A DNA stretch of 64,000 bases from a virus. Taxonomy: Duplodnaviria > Caudoviricetes. The position numbers and the translations under genes are program-made. Below are positions 39,847 to 48,042 of this stretch, piece after piece (position 1 is the stretch's first letter; every line of letters begins with the position of its first letter). Where the stretch lies: IMG/VR virus record IMGVR_UViG_3300011832_000025; one strand, 5' to 3'. Below the pieces are notes generated by a model, which was not told where the DNA came from, made no database searches, and worked only from the letters and a program-made list of their open reading frames with translations.

Positions 39847-40467
39847 ATGGAAAATCTCGAGAAAATGTTGGCCAACGCTCCCCAAGTGGCTCAGTGGTGG
39901 GAAACACATCGAAAAACAATTGAAGTTTACTTGAAACGCACAGTAAAAAGAGAACGGCGTATAAACACATGGATGGTGTGTTTGGCGTCGGTTGGGTCGG
40001 TGGCATATCTGCCGTACATAGCTGGGGTGTTCTCCCCCGGCCTCATCAATGACTTCGCTCTAACAATGTTGGAGTTGTGTGTGGTGATTGGCTTGGGTGG
40101 GTTTTTTGGCGCATGGGGCGCAGCAACAGTCATTGAACGTCGCAGCCAAGCTTCCCTCGCCCACCACTACAAACAAGCTGACCCATGTTGGCGGCTTGTT
40201 CCCAGCCGTGAGCGGCAAGAATTTTCTCAAGACGACCGTGCAAAAATGGTCAAGGAACTGAGTGATTTGGGGGTAAACCCTCACCACATTGTTGCGCTGC
40301 GCGATTTGGATCTCCCCAATTCCTGGTGGCACGCGATCAACGAAGAAGTGGGCCGCGCCAAACAGGAACAAAAACAGACAGCCCAATCCGCTCCGACTTT
40401 AGAAGAGGTGTTTGTTCAAGTAGAGAACCACGCCAAAATCCCCACAACACATGTATTGCGTCTTTAA
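39847..40467 (+). CDS. 2-TM membrane protein, LPxxWW family
   Basis: APQVAQWW...DLPNSWW; tail VLRL. Confidence 0.75.
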   Translation: MENLEKMLANAPQVAQWWETHRKTIEVYLKRTVKRERRINTWMVCLASVGSVAYLPYIAGVFSPGLINDFALTMLELCVVIGLGGFFGAWGAATVIERRSQASLAHHYKQADPCWRLVPSRERQEFSQDDRAKMVKELSDLGVNPHHIVALRDLDLPNSWWHAINEEVGRAKQEQKQTAQSAPTLEEVFVQVENHAKIPTTHVLRL

Positions 40468-40485
40468 TTTTAAAAGGAAAAACCC

Positions 40486-41076
40486 ATGACAATTGAAACC
40501 ATTCAAAAAATGATCAGCGACGCGCCCGCGGCGTCCAAATGGTGGGGTCAACACCACTTCAAAATCGTGCGCAGTAAAAAAATACGCGCGTGGGTCTCTT
40601 GTGTGTTCGCAGTGGGGACGGTGGGCTCCATCCTGGGGTTTTTGTTTGAAGACGATCCCCTTCTCTCAATGCTGTATTTGGTGGGGGTGATTGGGTTGAT
40701 GGTGGCGGGAATAGTGTGCGAAGAGTTCATTTCCAAGGAATACCGCCGCGGTTTAAACATGTTGCATTTGTTCTACCTGAGAAATTTGGAAATTCCGGCC
40801 ACCAGCGAGCACCAAGAGCCGGTGTTTCGTGTGCTGTTGAAAACCCAAAGCAAAACCCTTCAACAGTGCGGCAAAGATCTGCTGGCGTTACGCAACGCTC
40901 CATTGCCCGCTGTGTGGTGGGTGGCGCTGCACGAACACATTGAAGCGGTGATCGCTCAAGACAAGCAAGAAGCGATGTGGGCGGGTTTGTCTCAGCAAAT
41001 TGAGCAAGCGGGCTCTTCCCTCTCCCAAAGCGAAAAAGGCGGAGAAAATTATGAATGGGTCAGCGATCAGCCATGA
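40486..41076 (+). CDS. 2-TM membrane protein, LPxxWW family
   Basis: MTIETIQKM (as in 38531)...LPAVWW. Confidence 0.75.
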   Translation: MTIETIQKMISDAPAASKWWGQHHFKIVRSKKIRAWVSCVFAVGTVGSILGFLFEDDPLLSMLYLVGVIGLMVAGIVCEEFISKEYRRGLNMLHLFYLRNLEIPATSEHQEPVFRVLLKTQSKTLQQCGKDLLALRNAPLPAVWWVALHEHIEAVIAQDKQEAMWAGLSQQIEQAGSSLSQSEKGGENYEWVSDQP

Positions 41077-41639
41077 ACAAATCCCTTGAAAGAATGAGAG
41101 AACTGTTGCAAAGCGCCCACGCCACCTCAGTGTGGTGGCAAAAAAACAAAAAATCCGCCCAACGGTTTGCGTTGTGGCGGAGCACTTTGGGAGCCGCTTG
41201 GCACTTCATAACGTTTGTTCTGGCCATGAGCGGGTATCTCTGGCTCAGCGTGTCCTCCTCAGGTGTTTTGGTGGATGGCGTGAAAATAGCGGCGTTTTCC
41301 CTCGTCGTCGCGCTGTGGGTGATTGTATGCATTAAAGCTTCTCATCGGTTTGACCGGTATATGTTCCAACGGTTTGAGGAAGGGTGCGCGTTGTGCGGTT
41401 TCGATTATATGTTGGAAGGCACCGTGTTTTTATCGGAGAACAAATTTACCCCGCAAAAACAAGAGGACGATGTGGTCAACAATGTCTTGCGCGCTGTAAA
41501 CACTATGGAGCTTGCAGAGGTTCAACATCTGCGGCCCCATCTGGAACAGTTGCGCACCACAGATTTGCCTCGATCGTGGTGGTATCATATGCAAACGGCG
41601 GTGAAAGATGTACAGAACTCCGCTAAAACAAATCGATGA
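41073..41639 (+). CDS. 2-TM membrane protein, LPxxWW family
   Basis: EVQHLR...DLPRSWW; closest to 34934. Confidence 0.75.
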   Translation: MNKSLERMRELLQSAHATSVWWQKNKKSAQRFALWRSTLGAAWHFITFVLAMSGYLWLSVSSSGVLVDGVKIAAFSLVVALWVIVCIKASHRFDRYMFQRFEEGCALCGFDYMLEGTVFLSENKFTPQKQEDDVVNNVLRAVNTMELAEVQHLRPHLEQLRTTDLPRSWWYHMQTAVKDVQNSAKTNR

Positions 41640-41732
41640 ATTCCCATGCGCGGTGGGGGAAACCGGATCACCCCAAAAAATCCCGCGGTTTAAATTTGTA
41701 GAGAAAAACGCGCTCAGAGCACAGGAAAAATT

Positions 41733-42323
41733 ATGGACACCCCAACCGATCAACGCAACCCCCTTCAACCCTTTTTGTCCCAGCATCTGGCCGCCGGTCA
41801 GCGTCGGAGCTTTTGGTTGGGTGTGTTTCAAAAATGCCGGATGGTAGCGGGATTTTTTCCATTTTGGGTGGTGATACTGACAAGCATGGTTTGCACGGTG
41901 TTGAATAAGAGCTGGGGAATGGGTGTTATGCCAGCCGCGGGGGTGGCTTTCTTTTTTGTGCTTGTTCCAAGCGTCGTGATGAAATTGAAGTACATTGATT
42001 TTTGGAAAAAGTGGAGCGAAAAACACGGGTATGTTTTTAACGAAGACGCCGGTCAGTTTAAGCCAATCCTGGAACCGGTGGACGCCAATCATATTAACAC
42101 CGTGTACCAATTGTTTGGCCAATTGCCCAGCACGGTGGAAAACATGGTGCTGGAAAAACAATTGCGCAAACTCAAAAAAGCCAACCGCCTGCCCCAGCGC
42201 TGGTGGGACGAGTTGGCCGCGCGTTTGCGCACGCATCTTGCCCCCCAAGAGGAAGTGGAGGTGGAACACATTGAAGAGGCACCGCCCCCAGCGGAAAATT
42301 CGTCTTCTTTGTTGCGCTTGTAA
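41733..42323 (+). CDS. 2-TM membrane protein, LPxxWW family
   Basis: RLPQRWW; tail LLRL. Confidence 0.75.
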   Translation: MDTPTDQRNPLQPFLSQHLAAGQRRSFWLGVFQKCRMVAGFFPFWVVILTSMVCTVLNKSWGMGVMPAAGVAFFFVLVPSVVMKLKYIDFWKKWSEKHGYVFNEDAGQFKPILEPVDANHINTVYQLFGQLPSTVENMVLEKQLRKLKKANRLPQRWWDELAARLRTHLAPQEEVEVEHIEEAPPPAENSSSLLRL

Positions 42324-42374
42324 GCTTTGTGAAGATTGTGTTCTGTGCTACAATACTTAAAACAGAGGACAAAC

Positions 42375-42815
42375 ATGAACACCATTGATTTTGACGCCAC
42401 CGTAGAATTTGTGTGGGATTGGGTGGCCCAATTCAACAGTTATTTGGCGCAAAACGGATGGAAAAACCGTTCCAACCTTTCCGCCCCACGCGGTCTGCCG
42501 GACGACACTCTAAACGAGATAGCTGATCACCTGTTTCAAATGGTGTTGCATGCGGAACATCCCCACCGCGTGATGCGGGGGTTGGACATCCATCTGCAAT
42601 CATTGATTACCACCAACCGCCACCCCGCGCTTCCGGAAGTGTATACGGATACCAAACTGGATCAAGATGGGCTAAAAAGATATCTGTGGAACAAAAATAA
42701 GTTCCGCGCCACTTTAGAAGAAGAAGTGAACCGCATTGTGTCAAAATTTGAGACGTTTCAGGCGTTGGGCGAGCACCATTTTGCCACCGCCGCCCAGCAC
42801 AAACCAACCTTGTGA
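42375..42815 (+). CDS. hypothetical protein, paralog of 42824
   Basis: MNTIDFDATVEFVWDWVAQFNSYL vs MNNTLDFDQAVNFVSKWVAQLQSYL. Confidence 0.7.
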   Translation: MNTIDFDATVEFVWDWVAQFNSYLAQNGWKNRSNLSAPRGLPDDTLNEIADHLFQMVLHAEHPHRVMRGLDIHLQSLITTNRHPALPEVYTDTKLDQDGLKRYLWNKNKFRATLEEEVNRIVSKFETFQALGEHHFATAAQHKPTL

Positions 42816-42823
42816 GAAAAGAA

Positions 42824-43255
42824 ATGAACAACACTCTTGATTTTGACCAAGCGGTGAACTTTGTGTCAAAGTGGGTAGCTCAATTGCAATCGTATCTGAG
42901 CGTCAACAGGTGGGCGTACACCAGCGATGGGACGCACCATTGGGGAATTAGCAAGAGCGAGCGCGCAGAACTGGTTGAACATCTTTTTGCAAAAATATGG
43001 CACAGCGATCGCCCTCAAATCCTGATGGAAGCCCTATCGGTGCACCTTTCGTCGCTAACCAACATTTCCAACAAGTACAATCTTCCCAAAACATATGTAA
43101 GTGAGAGTAAAGATACAAACCACGCCACATGGGACACAAAGATTTTTTGTGAAGCTTTGGACTACGATGTGTCGCAGTTGATGAGCATATGGGCCTGTTG
43201 CAACGAAGTGGGCGCGAAATATATGTCCGCGGAAGTCAAAAAGAACAAAATGTGA
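42824..43255 (+). CDS. hypothetical protein, paralog of 42375, tail KNKM
   Basis: Shared N-terminus and HL.SL...LP..Y motifs. Confidence 0.7.
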   Translation: MNNTLDFDQAVNFVSKWVAQLQSYLSVNRWAYTSDGTHHWGISKSERAELVEHLFAKIWHSDRPQILMEALSVHLSSLTNISNKYNLPKTYVSESKDTNHATWDTKIFCEALDYDVSQLMSIWACCNEVGAKYMSAEVKKNKM

Positions 43256-43374
43256 CATGAGCCGCACTTTTCATCGACCAACACGGATACATTCCCATCG
43301 GTCCCCGTCAACAGCGAAGTGGATGAACGCCACCTGAGTAAAATCAGCGCTTTAAAAAATTTTTCAAAAACCTG

Positions 43375-43403
43375 TTGACAAAGAATTTTAAACCCGATAG
43401 CAT
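43375..43403 (+). promoter_or_regulatory. sigma70-type promoter upstream of leader ORF and tRNA array
   Basis: TTGACA-17 nt-TAGCAT. Confidence 0.7.
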
Positions 43404-43487
43404 TACTCACATGGCGGATGTTTCTTCCGCCCTACACCCTGGCGACTTTGAAGTCGCTTTTAACTTAACGAATAAAGGATCTTACTC

Positions 43488-43664
43488 ATGTTCACCGTTT
43501 CCGCCACCGCTACTTCTGCAAGCCGCTCGGCTTCGGGCGTGGCTGCGCGCGCTTCGGGTGCCTTGGTTAAGACCAACGCCTTCGCTGGTGCTGGCTTCGG
43601 CTGGAACCATAATATTCATAATATTTGGGCCTTCGGGACCCTGCGAACAGGTGCGTGTGTGTAA
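43488..43664 (+). CDS. 58-aa leader peptide ORF (not in ORF track)
   Basis: RBS aaagga; MFTVSATATSASRSASGVAARASGALVKTNAFAGAGFGWNHNIHNIWAFGTLRTGACV*. Confidence 0.65.
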   Translation: MFTVSATATSASRSASGVAARASGALVKTNAFAGAGFGWNHNIHNIWAFGTLRTGACV

Positions 43665-43722
43665 GGCTTAGCCAAACCATACAAATGTTCAAAGGGTCCC
43701 AGAAATGGGACCCTTTTGTTTT
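43632..43722 (+). promoter_or_regulatory. attenuator: antiterminator strand (43632-43649) and intrinsic terminator (43691-43722)
   Basis: TTCGGGACCCTGCGAACA pairs with TGTTCAAAGGGTCCCAGAA, mutually exclusive with AAAGGGTCCC-agaaat-GGGACCCTTT-tgtttt. Confidence 0.7.
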
Positions 43723-43786
43723 GTGTTGAAAAATCAAAATTAAGAAAAACGTAATAAATAAGTGGTAAGAAATACTGTTTTAATCA

Positions 43787-44090
43787 GGACGCGGTGCAAC
43801 CAACACCAAATCCAGAACAACCGCCAGAAATGGCCTGTGGCGACGCTAACCACAAGTATTATGGGTCGTATTGAAATCGCAGGAGTTGAGCGTTCAACGC
43901 TTAATCAAATGAAAGGGCAGCATTCAGAACAGCGAATATGTCTCTCCCCGAACAATACGACGCAACCCCATTCAAGAGGTAGCAATCTTGGGTGGCCAGG
44001 TATGGGAGACGATGGATCCATCATTGAACCGCAAGGTTTTACGAAAGTAAAACTGCAGCTAGTGAAATGATCAAAGTGTGATCCGCCCCC
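43787..44090 (+). ncRNA. candidate structured non-coding RNA, family unknown
   Basis: Helices 43865-73/43953-61, 43886-92/43898-904, 44035-42/44047-54 (GAAA loop); several GNRA-like loops; lies at head of tRNA array. Confidence 0.45.
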
Positions 44091-44152
44091 GTAAAAAAAC
44101 AGATAGGTTGTTCGTGCGCGCATTGTTGTTAAACGCACGCATCGCAATATGT

Positions 44153-44229
44153 GGACCCGATAGTTTAATTGGCAAAACGTTCCCACTTTATAGGGAAAGA
44201 CATTGGTTCGAAACCATTTTGGGTCCCCA
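44153..44229 (+). tRNA. atypical tRNA: G-1/C73 (His-like), 8-nt anticodon loop ACTTTATA (possible UUA anticodon)
   Basis: GACCCGA/TTGGGTC acceptor, TTCCC/GGGAA stem, TTCGAAA T-loop, encoded CCA. Confidence 0.7.
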
Positions 44230-44288
44230 AAGATAAAAAAGTTAATCGGTGAGATAATAAAAAGTTTATCGTTGAAAGGTAATAATTT

Positions 44289-44363
44289 GATCGCATAGCT
44301 CAGAGGCAGAGCAACTCCCTGTTAAGGAGTGGGTCGTAGGTTCAATCCCTACTGTGATCGCCA
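44289..44363 (+). tRNA. tRNA-Asn(GTT)
   Basis: Canonical cloverleaf, loop CT-GTT-AA, CCA. Confidence 0.92.
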
Positions 44364-44386
44364 AATTGTAAGCAAAAAAAGTTTAT

Positions 44387-44467
44387 GGACGGTTGGCTGA
44401 GTGGTTTAAGCAACGGACTGTTAATCCGTGGAGAAATCCAACGTAGGTTCGATACCTACACCGTCCG
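44387..44467 (+). tRNA. tRNA with GTT (Asn) anticodon on a class II body (long variable arm); no encoded CCA
   Basis: GGACGGT/ACCGTCC, ACGGA-CT-GTT-AA-TCCGT, V-arm GGAGAAATCCAAC. Confidence 0.85.
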
Positions 44468-44547
44468 AAATTTTCTCAAGTTATTGAAATTGTTGATTTT
44501 TTGTATTGATTTTGTTATACTCCGGAAACAAAATTTTGGGATATATT

Positions 44548-45666
44548 ATGTACAAGAAAATCAAAGAAATTGATATTGAAGAAATCAAAATTGCTATAAG
44601 TAAAACTGTTTCAAAAAGACAAGCAATTGAATTATTAAATTGTAATACGCAGCGTGTAGCCAACTTTCATGCTTTAAATTTTTTAATTGTTAAACATAAG
44701 ATCAATATTGAACATTATGATCCAATGTATAAATACAACAAAATTCCAGATTTCATTAAAATGTCTTACAGCTTGGTTGATGTGGCAAAAAATGTCTGTT
44801 TGGTAAATGACGATGTTTCTAAAATTAGTGCCCGACTTTGCAAAAATATCAAAAAGTACATCAATGAAAACAATTTGGACACATCACATTTTCGTCATTC
44901 TTCTAAAGTCGGGTATAATGTTACACGAACAAACGAAGAAGTTTTTGCTAAAAACAGTGATGTTTCACAATCTACTGTGAAGAAGCGTTTTATAGCAAAG
45001 GTTAAATATGAGTGTGCAGTTTGTGGTGTAGCAAGTTGGAATAACGCTCACTTATCGCTTCAGTTGGATCATATTGATGGTGATAATCAAAACAATCTGA
45101 TAACTAATTTGCGACTTTTATGCCCCAATTGCCATTCCCAAACGGAAAATTTTGGTAGTAAAAATAAAACATTCAAGTTACACAAAAAATCAAATGTAAA
45201 CGATAAAGTTGATTTTACGAGTAAGGCTGTAAAAAAAGACCGTACAAAAAAAGTTAAAGATTTGTTTATTTCAGATAAAGATTTGTTTATTTCAGATAAA
45301 GAAAGGCGTCAATCGCGAGCAGATAAAATTTTGAAAACTTTGAAATCGTCTTCAATCGATTTTTCAAAACACGGTTGGGCAACTCCAGCAAGCAAAATTA
45401 TTGGAGTAGGTCATCAACATGTGGCGCGTTGGATGCGAATGTATGCGGCTGATTTTTATAAGGAGAAGTGTTTTATAAGGAAACCAATGGTTGATTTGGT
45501 TAAAAATTGGAAGGAAGATAAATGTAAAATTAAAAAATGTGAATTTAAAACTATCCTGGCAATGAAAGATAGAGGTTATTCGATAAATAAAATAGCGAAG
45601 AAATACGGAGTGCATCATTCTAGCGTACAAAAAATTTTAAAAACAATTGACACACAAAATAAATAA
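44548..45666 (+). CDS. HNH homing-type endonuclease with C-terminal HTH
   Basis: CAVCG...LQLDHIDGDNQNNLITNLRLLCPNCHSQT; low GC; internal 21-nt tandem duplication (KDLFISD x2). Confidence 0.9.
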   Translation: MYKKIKEIDIEEIKIAISKTVSKRQAIELLNCNTQRVANFHALNFLIVKHKINIEHYDPMYKYNKIPDFIKMSYSLVDVAKNVCLVNDDVSKISARLCKNIKKYINENNLDTSHFRHSSKVGYNVTRTNEEVFAKNSDVSQSTVKKRFIAKVKYECAVCGVASWNNAHLSLQLDHIDGDNQNNLITNLRLLCPNCHSQTENFGSKNKTFKLHKKSNVNDKVDFTSKAVKKDRTKKVKDLFISDKDLFISDKERRQSRADKILKTLKSSSIDFSKHGWATPASKIIGVGHQHVARWMRMYAADFYKEKCFIRKPMVDLVKNWKEDKCKIKKCEFKTILAMKDRGYSINKIAKKYGVHHSSVQKILKTIDTQNK

Positions 45667-45687
45667 TGTAACGTACAAAAATTAAAT

Positions 45688-45763
45688 GCGGGAGTAGCTC
45701 AATTGGTAGAGCGTCGCCTTGCCAAGGCGAAGGTTGCGGAATCGTCCTCCGTCTCCCGCTCCA
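45688..45763 (+). tRNA. tRNA-Gly(GCC), non-canonical T-loop ATCGTCC
   Basis: GCGGGAG/CTCCCGC, loop TT-GCC-AA, T73-CCA. Confidence 0.9.
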
Positions 45764-45771
45764 TTTAAAAT

Positions 45772-45848
45772 GCTTCCTTAGTTCAGTTGGTTAGAACATC
45801 TGATTGTTAATCAGAGGGTCCCCCGTTCGAGTCGGGGAGGAAGCGCCA
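45772..45848 (+). tRNA. tRNA-Asn(GTT)
   Basis: GCTTCCT/AGGAAGC, TCTGA-TT-GTT-AA-TCAGA, CCA. Confidence 0.92.
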
Positions 45849-45991
45849 TCTTCGGGCTGCAAGCGTGTAAGTCGGTGACAACACTGCGTTGAAAACGTAC
45901 TTAGTGAAAGGCTAAGAGGCCAACCAATTTTTCATCCAGACGCTTTCCACAGCGTCTTTCTTTTTTCAAACAGTAGGTCGGTTTTGTAGCT

Positions 45992-46105
45992 TGTGTTGAC
46001 GCGCTGTACTGGCTGAAAGATGTTGGCGCATGTTACGACGAAGTCGTGGCATAAGCCACAACATCGCCACATGCTCAATGCTAACCCATTGTCAACGCAC
46101 ACCAC
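45992..46105 (+). repeat. structured hairpin element, long form, free-standing copy
   Basis: TGTGTTGACGCG...CATTGTCAACGCACACCAC; nearly identical to 49151-49263. Confidence 0.85.
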
Positions 46106-46264
46106 TTTTAGAGGTCTAACAAGTAGCACCGGCTTTGGTCACCGCGATGCACCTCTCGACGTTATTCGGTGTTGTAATGTAAGACCACCACCCGCAAAAA
46201 GAGCGGGCTCTTCCTTTTGCCGCTTGAAGGTGGTATTATCCGCTCGGTCTCAAAGGGGTTGCTT

Positions 46265-46855
46265 ATGAATATTATTGCAAAATTGAACGAGAAGTTGTCA
46301 AAATACACGTCTCCCAAGGTCAATTGGTTGACGAAAAGACCGTGGTTGCTCCAAGTGGTGGGAACAACCTTGTCTTTACTGACTTTGGGGGTGTCCTTGG
46401 CGCTTTTCACGCCCTTTCTCATGTCATCGTATACGTTTTTCGTGTCGACGTTAATTGTAATATTTGGCTTTATCATGGTGCCCCTTCCATCAGCGGTTGT
46501 ATTTTGGCTGTTTGGAAAACACCAAACGCCTCAACGGGAAAAGGTTGTTGAAAAATACACCAATCTTATTCTTAAGAATTTTGCGGAAAGTGAATATTAT
46601 GATATGAAAATTGGGTTGCTAAAAATTCTCAACAATGAACCGTACACGCCTGTGTATTTCTTGGACGAAATGGTTCGATTGAAGGAAATTGCTGATCAGC
46701 AAAGACAAAGAAAAAAAGATGAAAACTCCGTAGCTGTCAATGACTCGTCAACATTGACCGTTTTAATTGAACAAATGGAACAAGATCAAACCGCCAGCCA
46801 GGCTGCAAAAAACGAGATGCGCGAACAGAAATTGAAAAATGTGTTCAAGTTATAA
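46265..46855 (+). CDS. 2-TM membrane protein, possible distant LPxxWW-family member; tail VFKL
   Basis: Two TM segments, similar length and tail. Confidence 0.65.
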   Translation: MNIIAKLNEKLSKYTSPKVNWLTKRPWLLQVVGTTLSLLTLGVSLALFTPFLMSSYTFFVSTLIVIFGFIMVPLPSAVVFWLFGKHQTPQREKVVEKYTNLILKNFAESEYYDMKIGLLKILNNEPYTPVYFLDEMVRLKEIADQQRQRKKDENSVAVNDSSTLTVLIEQMEQDQTASQAAKNEMREQKLKNVFKL

Positions 46856-46891
46856 AAAAAAAGAGGGGTAAACCCCTCTTTTTTGTTGAAC

Positions 46892-47248
46892 TCAACCAAG
46901 TGCTTCAAGTTCTTCCAGTGTGATTTTGCTGGCGGTCATATCGCGTGCAACGGGCGCAATTTTGTGGGTGGCCACAGCGTTGGCGAACGCCTGATAATTT
47001 CCCAAGTAATCGCAGGATTCATAGTCGGGGTCTGCATCCTCCATGACATAGTAGAAATTTTCGTACACACTGTAACGCAGATCCTCCACATTCACGCCCG
47101 CCAGATTGGCTATTTCCTTGCGCTGGACAGTGTGGAACACAACATCGGTGTAATCGGCGTGGTGGGTGGTGTCATAATACTGACCGTCCACAAAAATCGA
47201 CCAGTAGTTTTCATCACTGATCATTACAAGTTCAACGTGACCTTTCAT
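46892..47248 (-). CDS. hypothetical acidic protein
   Basis: RBS gggag; convergent terminator at about 46861-46884. Confidence 0.65.
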   Translation of the reverse strand: MKGHVELVMISDENYWSIFVDGQYYDTTHHADYTDVVFHTVQRKEIANLAGVNVEDLRYSVYENFYYVMEDADPDYESCDYLGNYQAFANAVATHKIAPVARDMTASKITLEELEALG

Positions 47249-47347
47249 GCAGTTCTCCCAAGTTGTGAATGGGGGAAGTATACCACAGGAATTGGGGGAA
47301 AGTGTTAAAAGGATGAAAGTTTTGGAAGGCGTTTAAGTAACAGATAT

Positions 47348-47423
47348 ACTTCGGTAGCTCAATTGGTGGAGCAAAACTCTGATAAAGTTTAGGTTACGGG
47401 TTCGAGTCCCGTCTGAAGTACCA
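47348..47423 (+). tRNA. tRNA-Ile(GAT)
   Basis: ACTTCGG/CTGAAGT, AAACT-CT-GAT-AA-AGTTT, CCA. Confidence 0.9.
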
Positions 47424-47437
47424 AATTGTAATTCTAT

Positions 47438-47573
47438 GGTGATCGTGGCGGGAGTGTGTTGACGCGGTGTATTGGCTTATGCCAATACGAGTATTGTCAA
47501 CGCACACCACGATGTAAACGCACCTGATTGTGAGTCAGGTTTTTTGAGGGTTCAAGTCCCTTCGACCACCCCA
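47438..47573 (+). tRNA. tRNA-His(GTG) with about 60-nt hairpin insert in the D-loop (about 47454-47512)
   Basis: G-1/C73, CCTGA-TT-GTG-AG-TCAGG, T-arm, CCA; one acceptor mismatch. Confidence 0.8.
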
Positions 47574-47582
47574 TTTTTTTAT

Positions 47583-47658
47583 ACCACGGTAGCTCAATTG
47601 GTAGAGCTCTCGGTCGATAACCGAGTGGTCATAGATTCAAATCCTATCCGTGGTACCA
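47583..47658 (+). tRNA. tRNA-Ile(GAT) with C33
   Basis: CTCGG-TC-GAT-AA-CCGAG, CCA. Confidence 0.88.
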
Positions 47659-47663
47659 AATAT

Positions 47664-47740
47664 ACGTCGGTAGCTCAATCGGCAGAGCACTCCCGCAAAT
47701 AAGGGAAAGGTTGTAGGTTCAACTCCTACCTGGCGTGCCA
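47664..47740 (+). tRNA. atypical tRNA with 8-nt anticodon loop GCAAATAA, isotype undetermined
   Basis: ACGTCGG/CTGGCGT-G-CCA; intact D and T arms; TCCC/GGGA stem. Confidence 0.7.
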
Positions 47741-47754
47741 AATTGTAATTCTAT

Positions 47755-47892
47755 GGTGGTCGTGGCGGGAGTGTGTTGACGCGGTGTATTGGCTTATGCC
47801 AATGCTAACGCATTGTCAACGCACACCACGATGTAAACGCACCTGATTGTGAGTCAGGCTTTTTGAGGGTTCAAGTCCCTTCGACCACCCCA
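47755..47892 (+). tRNA. tRNA-His(GTG) with about 60-nt hairpin insert in the D-loop (about 47771-47831)
   Basis: Duplicate of 47438 with perfect acceptor stem. Confidence 0.8.
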
Positions 47893-47902
47893 TTGTTTTT
47901 AT

Positions 47903-47978
47903 ACCACGGTAGCTCAGTTGGTAGAGCTCTCGGTCGATAACCGAGTGGTCATAGGTTCAAATCCTATCCGTGGTACCA
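47903..47978 (+). tRNA. tRNA-Ile(GAT) with C33
   Basis: Duplicate of 47583. Confidence 0.88.
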
Positions 47979-48042
47979 ATATATTGATTTGTAAGTGTAT
48001 TTTATGCTATTATGCGTAATCTTTTACGAGGTGCATAAAATT

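Noticed and set aside
43375-44186. ORF-track entries 43375-43671, 43762-44070 and 43905-44186
   Set aside because: No good RBS or start; they overlap the promoter, leader ORF, structured RNA or tRNA
43787-46190. tmRNA, RNase P or SRP RNA
   Set aside because: No tmRNA Ala-acceptor and T-arm ends, RNase P P4 motif or SRP core recognised
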